From Epithemia pelagica (Eukaryota > Protista > Bacillariophyta): a stretch of DNA of 64,000 bases. Location of the stretch: the NCBI GenBank assembly GCA_946965045.2, contig OX337237.1:2046001-2110000 (forward strand), written 5' to 3'. Position 1 is the stretch's first letter. Each line of letters begins with the position of its first letter. A program made the position numbers and the translations under genes. Shown here piece after piece: positions 10,068-20,966 of this stretch. Below the pieces are notes generated by a model, which saw only the letters and a program-made list of their open reading frames with translations, made no database searches and had not been told where the DNA came from.

Positions 10068-11648
10068 TCAGAGTTCAGTCTCCCATTCAATAGTTTTTTT
10101 ACTTAAGTGATATCGTCTCACGTCACCGTCATCATATTGCACGGTGTGTTTACCATCCAATGCGCTGTAGTCGGTTATGGTTCCAGCATAATACTTGCCT
10201 TTTGCCCATCGTATACGAAGCCGTCGACCAACCATGGCACGAGTATCTGGATGAACCGAAGATATGGTGGAGGTATCACGTGGGACATTGAAGTGCTTTT
10301 CCATCTCATCGCATGCTGACTCAAAAACAGGGGACAGGGTGTCAAGAGCATCCAGCCTTTGGTAGGCAAGCACTACGACGCTGAAGACTTGATTCAACGA
10401 TATTGTTTCCAAAGTATGACTCCCAGTCAACAACTCCATCGCGCCTTCATAATGTAACAACGAGACTTCGTCATCATCAATCAAGAACCATCTTGAAGGT
10501 GGGACGGGGTTTTCGTCGTCAGCTTGCCTATGCTTTGGACATGGAATCAAAGTGACGTAGTGACCGTTCTCTCTTTCCTCGTCGTCATTTTGAGCAGAGC
10601 AGCCCTCTTGTCGTGAGTCCGTATGAAGGATTGCACCAACAAGTGTGTACAAGTTTCCTCCTACCGAGTTGTGTACAGTGACAGAACTTGTCGAGATTGA
10701 ACTCACATTCAGTAACCATGGAATTTGAATATTTCTTCTACGCTGGTAATCAGTCTCGCAGCTCCACGTATGCCTCCTCTCTGTTCCATCCAAATGAAGA
10801 AACCACCAAGGAGGCATAGCCTTGATGTGTTCTTGCCTGATGGTCTTCCAACGCAAATTATTCTCCAAGCAAGATTGTTCGAGATGGATTGGACTGTGAA
10901 ATGAGATATCATCGTTTCCTTGATCATTCAACGCAATGTCACCAGTGAAGTCAACCGTTTCAAAAGTTCCCTCAACCCATTGATAGCCTTCCAAAACCGT
11001 TGGTTTGCCGAACTTCTGTAGAAGACCATTCAACGTCGTCACTCCCTCTGTTTCAACCGACAACGTCAATGGACAAGGTAAAGTCTTGTGTTTCTCTTTC
11101 ACTCGTCTGCTGGTGTCATATACGCCCTCGATTCGAGAGGTCAGAATCCCTGTGCCCAACGCAGCTTGGACAACCGAGGCTACAATCTTGCTTATAGTTG
11201 TTGCTCGATTTCCAACTTGAGACTCTACGTCGAAATTGGAAAGGACATAGACAAGCTTTGACAAGCAGGTGACTGCATCTCCCACATCATCTGCTCTGAC
11301 ATGTAAATATTCCGACAGAATTCGGTAGAAAGGAGCTGTTCGAATTTCGGTATTAGTTGCATGAGGAGTGACGCTCTCGTTTCGCTCTTTCTGGTGATCT
11401 CCAACGTCATTTCTGCAATCATGGGCAAGTTGGTAGAACAAACAACCCAAGTCAAATATAAGACGCCAATGTTGGTCTTCACCTGGACGAATACATTCTC
11501 CTAACCCCAGAGCATGAGTCACAAACTTCAACAGAATTTCCCGAACTGGAGGCACTGCATAGAAGAGAAGAACCACAGCGCTCGAAACATGACATGCCGT
11601 TCCAGCATCGTTGGGCAATCCCTGCACCGAAAGAGACCTCCTCTCCAT
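10068..11648 (-). CDS. Ubiquitin-specific protease (C19/USP)-like protein with C-terminal Tudor domain
   Basis: Cys box GLPNDAGTACHVSS, His box YTLVGAILH...GHYVT and Asp motif WFLIDDDEVS. C-terminal VGRRLRIRWAKGKYYAGTITDYSALDGKHTVQYDDGD is Tudor-like. First ATG at 11648; an upstream exon is not excluded. Confidence 0.75.
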   Translation of the reverse strand: MERRSLSVQGLPNDAGTACHVSSAVVLLFYAVPPVREILLKFVTHALGLGECIRPGEDQHWRLIFDLGCLFYQLAHDCRNDVGDHQKERNESVTPHATNTEIRTAPFYRILSEYLHVRADDVGDAVTCLSKLVYVLSNFDVESQVGNRATTISKIVASVVQAALGTGILTSRIEGVYDTSRRVKEKHKTLPCPLTLSVETEGVTTLNGLLQKFGKPTVLEGYQWVEGTFETVDFTGDIALNDQGNDDISFHSPIHLEQSCLENNLRWKTIRQEHIKAMPPWWFLHLDGTERRHTWSCETDYQRRRNIQIPWLLNVSSISTSSVTVHNSVGGNLYTLVGAILHTDSRQEGCSAQNDDEERENGHYVTLIPCPKHRQADDENPVPPSRWFLIDDDEVSLLHYEGAMELLTGSHTLETISLNQVFSVVVLAYQRLDALDTLSPVFESACDEMEKHFNVPRDTSTISSVHPDTRAMVGRRLRIRWAKGKYYAGTITDYSALDGKHTVQYDDGDVRRYHLSKKTIEWETEL

Positions 11649-11901
11649 TTTCAGTCCTGAGGAATGAACGTTAACTGCTTTCAAAAGAATTGTCGCTCAT
11701 GTTTTCCAAATGAAACGTCGGGGTACTTTCTTCCGTCATGGTCATATGGTCAGCGAAACTGCGACCAAGACAAAAAAAAACAAAAAACCCGGAGGTAGAC
11801 TACCGGTCATTATGAATTATGACTGCGCCTTCCCCGTCAAGCTCCATAATTCGACAATCCCTCCTGCTAGTGAAAGAAGAAGCAAACAACGCTAACTCAT
11901 C

Positions 11902-13035
11902 ATGGCCGACGACGAAGATATTGCCGCCCTTGTCATTGACAATGGTTCTGGTATGTGCAAAGCCGGTTTTGCTGGAGATGACGCCCCTCGATCTGTCTTT
12001 CCCTCGTTGATTGGTCGTGCCCGTCAGCCAGGTATCATGGTCGGTATGGAACAACGTGACGCCTACGTCGGTGACGAAGCCCAAGCGAAGCGTGGTGTTT
12101 TGACACTCAAGTACCCCATTGAGCACGGTATTGTTACTAACTGGGACGATATGGAGAAGATTTGGCATCATACCTTCTACAACGAGTTGCGTGTCGCCCC
12201 CGAAGCCCACCCTGTCCTTTTGACAGAGGCCCCTCAGAACCCCAAGGCCAATCGCGAGCGTATGACGCAAATTATGTTTGAGACATTCAACGTACCAGCC
12301 ATGTATGTGAATATCCAAGCCGTTCTTTCTTTGTATGCTTCTGGTCGTACAACTGGATGTGTGCTCGATTCTGGTGACGGTGTTTCGCACACAGTGCCGA
12401 TTTATGAAGGTTACGCTCTTCCCCATGCTGTGATCCGTTTGGATCTTGCTGGACGTGATTTGACAGACTATTTGGTCAAGATTTTGACGGAGCGTGGTTA
12501 TTCTTTGACGACCACCGCCGAACGTGAGATTGTTCGTGATATCAAGGAGTCGTTGTGCTTTGTGGCGGTTGACTTTGAAGAGGAGATGAAGAAGGCCGCC
12601 GAGTCGTCTGCTCTTGAGAAGTCTTTCGAGCTTCCTGATGGTAACATTATTGTGATTGGTAACGAACGTTTCCGATGTCCCGAAGTGTTGTTCCAACCCA
12701 ACTTGACGGGTCTTGAAATGGACGGAGTGGCGGACTCTACCTTCCAAACCATTATGAAGTGTGATGTCGATATCCGAAAGGACTTGTATGCCAACATTGT
12801 TCTTTCTGGAGGAACTACAATGTTCCCAGGTATTTCGGAGCGTATGTCTAAGGAGATTACTGCTCTTGCCCCCGCCTCGATCAAGGTGAAGATTGTAGCA
12901 CCTCCTGAGCGCAAGTACTCTGTATGGATTGGAGGATCTATTTTGGCATCCTTGTCTACTTTCCAGTCCATGTGGATCTCCAAGGAGGAATATGACGAAT
13001 CTGGTCCATCAATTGTACACCGCAAGTGCTTCTAA
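11902..13035 (+). CDS. ACT: Actin, copy 3 (377 aa, intronless)
   Basis: Protein identical to copy 1; codon 2 is GCC and there is a GCA TCC TTG variant shared with copy 4. Confidence 0.99.
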   Translation: MADDEDIAALVIDNGSGMCKAGFAGDDAPRSVFPSLIGRARQPGIMVGMEQRDAYVGDEAQAKRGVLTLKYPIEHGIVTNWDDMEKIWHHTFYNELRVAPEAHPVLLTEAPQNPKANRERMTQIMFETFNVPAMYVNIQAVLSLYASGRTTGCVLDSGDGVSHTVPIYEGYALPHAVIRLDLAGRDLTDYLVKILTERGYSLTTTAEREIVRDIKESLCFVAVDFEEEMKKAAESSALEKSFELPDGNIIVIGNERFRCPEVLFQPNLTGLEMDGVADSTFQTIMKCDVDIRKDLYANIVLSGGTTMFPGISERMSKEITALAPASIKVKIVAPPERKYSVWIGGSILASLSTFQSMWISKEEYDESGPSIVHRKCF

Positions 13036-14112
13036 AATTATTAAAGCCATTTCGATATTTCAGTTGGACTGTGTTTTATTTGCGGATCTGTAAGTTACGT
13101 TGATTGGTTTTTAACCACAGTTTACGGCGGTTTTGTGGCATTTGTGTTTCGTCGCCACTACGACGTTCAATTTAGGTTGTAGTAGCTTTAAGGGTTTAGA
13201 AAACGGATTCTTGAAATCGCGCAGTTTTCGGAGGAATGAATGAAGGTATTCTTTTATTGTTGTCTACAACATTATTGACGACAGCAAGTTGTGAGTTTCT
13301 GACTTGGGCAACCCCATGTCATGTGGTCTTTGGGAGGAAGTCATTTAAAATTGATTATCTTTCTTGTTGCCCATGTCTGATCGCCATTGTCCTGAGCCGC
13401 AACACCGATCACCCAACACGCATCACCGAACTCCCAACACCCAACACTGCTGTAAAGGTATAGCTGAAGATTTCAACTCGCTGTTAACGCGTGCCTGACA
13501 GGAGACCTTGTACATCGCCGAAGGGCATTCCTGTTTGACGAAGAAATTCTGGTCGTTCTCTGGTCAGCGTATTGGCTGTCTGAACAGCTCGTTGAAAGAG
13601 CATATAACATCGATAAAGAGTGTTGTCGTGAGCTTCAGATGACACAACAGACAAAACAAATCTTCCTGTGAAAAAGATTCAAATATATGCGAACGCCCAA
13701 GATACAACAGCAAGAAATACAAAGTATCTTTTGGCCCAAAATTACAAAAGCCGTGAAAAACTTTCCAAGACCAAGATCACTTCGAAAATGAGCTGGGCAC
13801 AACGGGGCAATTCAGCAGCATCATGGGGGACTAATGAAAATCATCAGGTCCAAGACCAAAGATGAGAAGGTGACCACTCAACAAGAACCGCGCCCGCGTG
13901 GAACTAGATCGACACTCTCTAGCGCGAAGTGAGAATAATGAGCAACACTGGTACACATACTTCTTACTTTTTCACTCACTGGGAATTGGTTCATTGGTTC
14001 AAAGATCTGGATTCGGGACATCGTGACCACCAAAAGTCATTTGTTGGCGCCTCTTGTGTCGACAACGCATAAAACGAAACTTTGGCAAGCCTTTACCTAC
14101 AAATAACTAATC

Positions 14113-15246
14113 ATGGCTGACGACGAAGATATTGCCGCCCTTGTCATTGACAATGGTTCTGGTATGTGCAAGGCCGGTTTTGCCGGAGATGACGCCCCTC
14201 GATCTGTCTTTCCCTCGTTGATTGGTCGTGCCCGTCAGCCAGGTATCATGGTCGGTATGGAACAACGTGACGCCTACGTCGGCGACGAAGCCCAAGCGAA
14301 GCGTGGTGTTTTGACACTCAAGTACCCCATTGAGCACGGTATTGTTACTAACTGGGACGATATGGAGAAGATTTGGCATCACACCTTCTACAACGAGTTG
14401 CGTGTCGCCCCCGAAGCCCACCCTGTCCTTTTGACAGAGGCCCCTCAGAACCCCAAGGCCAATCGCGAGCGTATGACGCAAATTATGTTTGAGACATTCA
14501 ACGTACCAGCCATGTATGTGAATATCCAAGCCGTTCTTTCTTTGTATGCTTCTGGTCGTACAACTGGATGTGTGCTCGATTCTGGTGACGGTGTTTCGCA
14601 CACAGTGCCGATTTATGAAGGTTACGCTCTTCCCCATGCTGTGATCCGTTTGGATCTTGCTGGACGTGACTTGACAGACTATTTGGTCAAGATTTTGACG
14701 GAGCGTGGTTATTCTTTGACGACCACCGCCGAACGTGAGATTGTTCGTGATATCAAGGAGTCGTTGTGCTTTGTGGCGGTTGACTTTGAAGAGGAGATGA
14801 AGAAGGCCGCCGAGTCGTCTGCTCTTGAGAAGTCTTTCGAGCTTCCTGATGGTAACATTATTGTGATTGGTAACGAACGTTTCCGATGTCCTGAAGTGCT
14901 GTTCCAACCCAACTTGACGGGTCTTGAAATGGACGGAGTGGCGGACTCTACCTTCCAAACCATTATGAAGTGTGATGTCGATATCCGAAAGGACTTGTAT
15001 GCAAACATTGTTCTTTCTGGAGGAACTACAATGTTCCCAGGTATTTCGGAGCGTATGTCTAAGGAGATTACTGCCCTTGCCCCCGCCTCGATCAAGGTGA
15101 AGATTGTAGCACCTCCTGAGCGCAAGTACTCTGTATGGATTGGAGGATCTATTTTGGCATCCTTGTCTACTTTCCAGTCCATGTGGATCTCCAAGGAGGA
15201 ATATGACGAATCTGGTCCATCAATTGTACACCGCAAGTGCTTCTAA
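14113..15246 (+). CDS. ACT: Actin, copy 4 (377 aa, intronless)
   Basis: Protein identical to copy 1; about 10 synonymous differences from copy 1 counted by eye. Confidence 0.99.
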   Translation: MADDEDIAALVIDNGSGMCKAGFAGDDAPRSVFPSLIGRARQPGIMVGMEQRDAYVGDEAQAKRGVLTLKYPIEHGIVTNWDDMEKIWHHTFYNELRVAPEAHPVLLTEAPQNPKANRERMTQIMFETFNVPAMYVNIQAVLSLYASGRTTGCVLDSGDGVSHTVPIYEGYALPHAVIRLDLAGRDLTDYLVKILTERGYSLTTTAEREIVRDIKESLCFVAVDFEEEMKKAAESSALEKSFELPDGNIIVIGNERFRCPEVLFQPNLTGLEMDGVADSTFQTIMKCDVDIRKDLYANIVLSGGTTMFPGISERMSKEITALAPASIKVKIVAPPERKYSVWIGGSILASLSTFQSMWISKEEYDESGPSIVHRKCF

Positions 15247-15658
15247 GAACTTGTCAGTGGGTTACGAATATTAACACTAATGTATCAAGTATTTAGTTTT
15301 ACGTTGCATGAATTGTTTGTCTCGTAAAGAGAAGTACCTATTCGTTTTTTTCGTAAGACTTCCACTGTCCCTATGTCCTGCCATACTCCTGCTATGAATT
15401 GAGGTCTACTCCTAGAGAGGTCCTTAGTCGCCCTGCGACTGGATGGTTTGTGGACGCTTTTCGGACGCACATCGCGCAACTGTCGCGCGTCGCGTACCCG
15501 CAAACAAAGGGACAAAACCGCAAAACCGAGCTGTCCTCACTCCACACTCTAACAACCAGAAACCAGCAGACACGCCAAGCGCAACAGCAGAGTGCAATAA
15601 TAGATCAAGTCAATTCTTGAGTCGAGGTTAGTGTTCTGGGCTCTGAAGTATCTTGACA

Positions 15659-17356
15659 ATGCAGAGTGGAGACGATGGAGGTCGGGCTGGTGGGGAACCC
15701 CTTCTTCCAGCCCCGACGGTTGCACAACCTCCCCGCAAGAAAAAACCAAAGAAGCGGAAGGTACGTTCTGTGTTGTTGTTTACTGTGACGCTTTCTTTCA
15801 GATTCGGCTTTTGTGAATTCAATATGATAATTTTGCCCCACTATGCAGGCTGGATCCGTTCTTTGCGCTCATTTTGTCCATTTCCGTCGCTTGTTGACGT
15901 CCAGGAAAAACCATCATCGGCGGCCGTAGCCGGTGGTGGAAGCGATGATGTTCCCCGAGGGAAACCAGCGAATATGTCGGCTGCATTGACTTCCCAGAAT
16001 ACAGGAGCTGGAAGTATCAACCCTGGTGTCGCTTCGACTTCCAACAGCCATGGTACGTCCTCCAACCAGGGCAACATCAACAAGAAAAACCGCAAACACG
16101 GACGTCGTCAACAGCCGACCGCTGGAGCAGCGAGCGGTAATTCTACTTCTCGGGCAGGTGGTGTTAACAATGGAAACGATCAAGGAACAGCGCTTGATGC
16201 GGCCCAAAAGGCTGTAAATGATCAAATGCGTCGTGCGTTGGAGGAAGACCAATATTCCGCCATTGGTTCTATTGTGGACGGAGCCGATTCAGAAGAAGAA
16301 GACTTGTTTTTATACCGTGGACAACCAGTACGGTTGGATCGTTCAGCGATGATGCAAACAGCCAAGAAAATGTCGCTTTATTATTGGTATCCATATCAAC
16401 AAGGAGGCAAGAAAAATCGGCAATTGATTCGTCCCGATTTCATGTCGAAAGTTATGAATGGAGGAGATGACTACGATGATCCAGATGCCGACGATAAGGA
16501 TGACGATGAAGATATGGATGGAGGGTACGACCATGGAGGAAACGCTTCGTCCTCGAAGGATTCTGGCCGATCGAAGAAGAAAAGGAAAAAGGAATTGGGT
16601 GGACCATCGCTTCACTTGGGGGGAGTGTCCGCAACCGACATGACCTCATCTACCAGTGCCAGCGGACTAGCAAACGGCGGAGGGGGTTCTACTTGTCCCG
16701 TGGTACCGAATAGTCAGAACCGAGATACAACAACTGACTTTTTGGATCCCGAAGAAGATTTGGACCGTGATGGTGGTTCAATTTTTGGTCAAACTACTGG
16801 TGCCACCAATTCGACCTGGGTTCAATGCGACAAGTGTAAGAAGTGGCGTCGTCTTCGTGGTGTGGTGGACGAGAAGAAGCTTCCAACGAAATGGTTTTGC
16901 AGCATGAATCGCAATGACCCGGAACGGGCCCGCTGTTCGGCGCCCGAAGAAGACTATGATGCCCAACAAACGCCCGAGTCCGCCGCGGACGCTCGTACTC
17001 GAAAACATTTGCGTGTTTGGGTGCGTCGATTGCAGTGCCAAGAAGCCTATGAAGCTCGACAACCTACCCTTACCCGAGGAAAAAAGCGTGCAGCGGCCAG
17101 CTCGATGAAGGTCGCGTACGAGTGGGTCCGTTGTTGCAACCCAAGTTGTGGAAAGTGGAGAGCGGTGTTGCGATTTATGGATGCCAAGTCGTCGGTTCTG
17201 GATCGTGTTGCATCAAGCTCGAGCGGGAAGAAGGAATGGTACTGTGTCATGAATACCTGGGATGAAAAGATCGCGTCCTGTGCCGCTCCTCAGGAGAATC
17301 TTCCAGCTGTTGGATGCCCTCCATGGGTACTTCAGGACGAAGATAATAAGGATTAA
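15659..17356 (+). CDS. Protein with two CW-type zinc fingers (chromatin-reader-like); probable in-frame intron 15761-15904
   Basis: WVQCDKCKKWRRL..KWFCSMN..CSAPEE and WVRCCNPSCGKWR..WYCVMN..CAAPQE are zf-CW patterns; basic NLS-like runs are present. GTACGT at 15761 to TCCAG at 15904 (144 nt, T-rich) removes an odd hydrophobic stretch. Confidence 0.88.
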   Translation: MQSGDDGGRAGGEPLLPAPTVAQPPRKKKPKKRKVRSVLLFTVTLSFRFGFCEFNMIILPHYAGWIRSLRSFCPFPSLVDVQEKPSSAAVAGGGSDDVPRGKPANMSAALTSQNTGAGSINPGVASTSNSHGTSSNQGNINKKNRKHGRRQQPTAGAASGNSTSRAGGVNNGNDQGTALDAAQKAVNDQMRRALEEDQYSAIGSIVDGADSEEEDLFLYRGQPVRLDRSAMMQTAKKMSLYYWYPYQQGGKKNRQLIRPDFMSKVMNGGDDYDDPDADDKDDDEDMDGGYDHGGNASSSKDSGRSKKKRKKELGGPSLHLGGVSATDMTSSTSASGLANGGGGSTCPVVPNSQNRDTTTDFLDPEEDLDRDGGSIFGQTTGATNSTWVQCDKCKKWRRLRGVVDEKKLPTKWFCSMNRNDPERARCSAPEEDYDAQQTPESAADARTRKHLRVWVRRLQCQEAYEARQPTLTRGKKRAAASSMKVAYEWVRCCNPSCGKWRAVLRFMDAKSSVLDRVASSSSGKKEWYCVMNTWDEKIASCAAPQENLPAVGCPPWVLQDEDNKD

Positions 17357-17594
17357 TCGTGGGCTCATTTTGCGGCATTTCCATGGACCCTTGCCTTCGA
17401 TCGAACGTAATGTTCGGATTTTCTTCCATATATGATGGCAAGCTCCTTGTGTCAGTCAAATTGATGCAAACCCAGGGGTGATAGACAGTTTAAGTTAACC
17501 GTATGTTAATAATTTAGTGCTTGCAGCTTTGTGTCGGTCCTTCACCCCCATTGAAAGCGTCATGTTCCATGTTTGTGTGCTCGCATGAAACGAG

Positions 17595-20500
17595 CTACAG
17601 TTCGTCTTGATCATCGGTATCTTTCGTTATCTTGTTGCCTGGTGCTTCCTTCATCATGGGCAGGAGTGACGACTGGTTGGCGAACTGTTGCTCCAATTGA
17701 ATGTCATCGATAGCGGACACCAAATCCGGGCGTTTGTGCATTGTCAACGACACAGTGTCAAACGCGCGTTGAACCGCCACACCAATTCTTGGGCGGTGAC
17801 TAGTGCCCTGCTCCCTCTCCTGCTTCATCAACCAATCGTGCAGTATACGAAGCCTACGGCGGCCTCCGTCCTCATTTAGCTTGGACAGAGATGTCAACAA
17901 GCTTTCACACTCAGATAGGGAACAAGAGGCAAGAAGATGGAGTAATAAAGTTTCCACCTGCTGGATCGTTCTCGGTTGAAGAACAGGTTCTTCGTGAGCT
18001 CTGACTTGAACATCAAAAATCCAATCAAAGCACTTGAGAATAAGAGGGCTAAGGGGAGGTATCAAACAGTCTGTTTGACCAGTACCGGGGATTGTCCTGG
18101 TGACAGTAAATCGGGAAGCACTGAGATCAACGGCACAGAGGGCTGACATAGCCACCATTCCAACTTTGTCATGAAGAGAAGGTAACAGTGAAACACAATC
18201 GAAAAACGTGAGAAGACACCCACGGATCGAGTTACGACATCCCTCATCCAGTAAATCTTCTTGTTGAGGAATATTATTTTGTTTTATCACTGCGGAGAGA
18301 ACTGCTGCCAAAGCATGTCCTGCCCCCCACCCACTTTTATTGATAGCTGATCTTTCTTTCCAACTTCCACTGATCTTTCTCTGGGCCAGTAGTATTGATT
18401 GTTCTACATAGAAGTTCAGGACATTTAAAACCGATTTCAACAAAATTCGCGATTCATCCATCCTTTCTCTTTGGTAGGGATGCTTGTCTGAATATTGAAG
18501 GCACATCACATGGCCCAAAGCGCGGATTGAATTTGTCTGTATCTTGGGATCTGCACACGTCGCCTTCCCTTTTGACCGGAAATCAGAATACTCCAGTAGT
18601 CTCCAGCCCATGTCATGTAACGTCAAAGGCTCGATCACCATGAATTCCACGTCTTGTAAAATTCGTACAAGGTTCCCAACTGTATAGAGAGCCATGCTGG
18701 TGGAAGGAGATTCCTTTTCCAACTCCGACAGGAGAGCGCTGCAAACAGATTCACATATGACTTTGTTTTGTTCCTCGAGAATATGCTGGTTCGCGGCAGG
18801 GGACGAGAAATAATTGGTACATACATCTCCCAGTGCCTTGAACGCGACTTTCTTCACTTTTGCGCTGGATTCTATGTGCTGGCAGTCGCGCAATAACATC
18901 GCGAACTGATCATCCAAACAGCCCTCTCCATTTCTTACTATGTAGTCCCAGTCCCATGAAAGTAGGAATCCACAACATGAAAGTAATGCCAATCTTACGC
19001 TTGTGCGTGTTTCAGCCTTCATGTTACTTTGCAAAAGAGGAAGAATCTCTTCTAGAATCTGCTGAGATGACAACCGAATGATTTTACCACTCTCTTCATT
19101 TTCTTCGTGTTTCAGGATGCACATACGACCCTCCAAGAAAGCAGCCAGGGTTTCAAAGTCTCTATTTAGAGGCATCTGTAAAGTTGTCGGCGTGTTTCTC
19201 CCGTCCCCACCAATAATATCCAGGAGAGGTTCCCAAAGGTTTCGCGAGTTCGTTGGAAGGAAAGGCCCAGGATGAGTTTTCAAAATCGCTCGAATCACCT
19301 TCAGTGAATAACTCTCCTTTGCCATGGCTGATCTCAGGAGAGCGGTAAGGGCATCATGACCTTGGTCGGAGCTCAGGTAATTTTTGAGAGGAAGGCTCAC
19401 AAGGAGTGTGTTCCCCTGAGGAGTTTCATATCCACCAATTGGCTTGAGCAGTGCGTCAGCCATTTGCGACAGCGCTGAGAGGTAAGCCGGAGTGACATGA
19501 TCATTCTGAGATGGAAAGGACTCAACAAGCACGTTCACCAATGAAGCAGACAAGGACATTCCAGAAGCGAGTAAGCTCGCGTCTTCGAACGGTACTCTCC
19601 TTAACAACGTCCCCGCGAGGTTAGCGTGTGAAACTGTCAAATGATGATAGTCCCTTGGGAGCGATCCATTTCGTCTTCGTTCCAGGTTACTTTCACAAAC
19701 ATGCATAAAAGTCATAAAACCACTGTGGATTCTGTCGCAGAAGCTGCCACTTGTCAGACGAGATCTGGGTTTCAACCACTTTCCAAATATTGGCCATGAA
19801 ATGTCCAGTAGCCTTACTCCAAGATCTGCAGCAAGAATGGAACACCGATTTGTCATGAAGGCATTTCCCCCTTTGTTCAGAGCTTCCGTAGCATGGCCGC
19901 AAAGAACTTGGAAAAAATAATGATAGGATATGTCCACCTGGACATCCGACGAACCTGTGGGAACCAGCGATTTCAAACGTATGGATGAAGGGTTTGTTGT
20001 CGTCTTATCTGAGAATGTATTGTACTGTTCCACTACAAGAATGAAACTTGTCAGCTTTGTCGACGTTTCAGGGTGCCGGTCCACTAAAGCGATCAACAGC
20101 TCCAGTGACAGCTCTACTAATCTCAAGTTGGATTGTTGTTGTGTTTGCCAAAACAAATCTTGCAATACGCTGGGATCAACATCGAGTTGGGATCCAAGGG
20201 CGTGTTTGGAAGTTCCCTCAACAGTCCGAGCTGATCTCAGAGTGTCTCGAAGGCACAAGGCGACGCGTCGCTGGAGTTCTTGGTTCTTGTCCGTTCGAGC
20301 CAAGGTTAAACGAAGGAGATTTTGTAACGAGCTGAACATTCGAAGCCGAACTTGATTTGGTTTCTGTTCCTCCATCCCCAAAGCACTCACTTCCAGAACT
20401 AGTGGAGCCATCAAACCAGTTTTGTGTGCGCTCTTTTCTCCCACCAGAAGCTGTAGTGCAGACAAAACTTTGAGAATGGCGTCCATAGTGTTCCCTGGAA

Positions 20501-20966
20501 AGCAACCTGAGCTCCTTGACGACTCATACTGTTGCAAAGAGGACTGATGCAAGGACGAGGAGGTATAATCTTCCAAAAATGAGAGAAATAGTTTGGACAC
20601 AAGATCATCGACAATGTCGCACTCTCCCAGCTCCGCGTAGGGTGTGCGGGAGGAGGCAATGTAGTCGGCAAGTATCGAAAGTCTTTTGGTTTTTGTCGTT
20701 TCTTGGAATACTGGACCACCCTTTTGACTATCCGTCGACAAGAGCTGTTGTAGCAATTCCCGAGGGTTGCTATCCGAGAAGGAATGTTGCGTCTTTCGTG
20801 GGAACGACGGATGTGACACGGAATCGGAACGTGGGTCCCCCTCAGTCGACCTTCTGCTCCCTGTTCTTGCTCGTAGGCCCGAAGACGCAGCACCGCTAGC
20901 AATCCCTCGGCCATTCCGTACAGGCTCTCTCCGCCGATCTTGTCTCAAAGAGTCCCACCGACTCAT
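17595..20966 (-). CDS. HEAT/ARM-repeat alpha-solenoid protein, HEATR6-like
   Basis: Stop-free Leu-rich frame of more than 1100 aa. HEAT-like motifs KVKKVAFKALGDVC, MALYTVGNLV, KIQTNSIRALGHV and SGWGAGHALA. Likely ATG at 20966 (MSRWDSLRQD). Confidence 0.7.
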   Translation of the reverse strand: MSRWDSLRQDRRREPVRNGRGIASGAASSGLRARTGSRRSTEGDPRSDSVSHPSFPRKTQHSFSDSNPRELLQQLLSTDSQKGGPVFQETTKTKRLSILADYIASSRTPYAELGECDIVDDLVSKLFLSFLEDYTSSSLHQSSLQQYESSRSSGCFPGNTMDAILKVLSALQLLVGEKSAHKTGLMAPLVLEVSALGMEEQKPNQVRLRMFSSLQNLLRLTLARTDKNQELQRRVALCLRDTLRSARTVEGTSKHALGSQLDVDPSVLQDLFWQTQQQSNLRLVELSLELLIALVDRHPETSTKLTSFILVVEQYNTFSDKTTTNPSSIRLKSLVPTGSSDVQVDISYHYFFQVLCGHATEALNKGGNAFMTNRCSILAADLGVRLLDISWPIFGKWLKPRSRLTSGSFCDRIHSGFMTFMHVCESNLERRRNGSLPRDYHHLTVSHANLAGTLLRRVPFEDASLLASGMSLSASLVNVLVESFPSQNDHVTPAYLSALSQMADALLKPIGGYETPQGNTLLVSLPLKNYLSSDQGHDALTALLRSAMAKESYSLKVIRAILKTHPGPFLPTNSRNLWEPLLDIIGGDGRNTPTTLQMPLNRDFETLAAFLEGRMCILKHEENEESGKIIRLSSQQILEEILPLLQSNMKAETRTSVRLALLSCCGFLLSWDWDYIVRNGEGCLDDQFAMLLRDCQHIESSAKVKKVAFKALGDVCTNYFSSPAANQHILEEQNKVICESVCSALLSELEKESPSTSMALYTVGNLVRILQDVEFMVIEPLTLHDMGWRLLEYSDFRSKGKATCADPKIQTNSIRALGHVMCLQYSDKHPYQRERMDESRILLKSVLNVLNFYVEQSILLAQRKISGSWKERSAINKSGWGAGHALAAVLSAVIKQNNIPQQEDLLDEGCRNSIRGCLLTFFDCVSLLPSLHDKVGMVAMSALCAVDLSASRFTVTRTIPGTGQTDCLIPPLSPLILKCFDWIFDVQVRAHEEPVLQPRTIQQVETLLLHLLASCSLSECESLLTSLSKLNEDGGRRRLRILHDWLMKQEREQGTSHRPRIGVAVQRAFDTVSLTMHKRPDLVSAIDDIQLEQQFANQSSLLPMMKEAPGNKITKDTDDQDEL

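Noticed and set aside
4958-15236. Long antisense ORFs (283-315 aa and 175 aa) over each actin
   Set aside because: They are shadows of biased actin codon usage, repeated only because the actin ORFs are near-identical.
4979-15246. Actin quadruplication as an assembly artefact
   Set aside because: Each copy has unique flanks, private synonymous variants and different stop contexts, which mis-assembly of one locus would not create. Long reads would still be the formal test.
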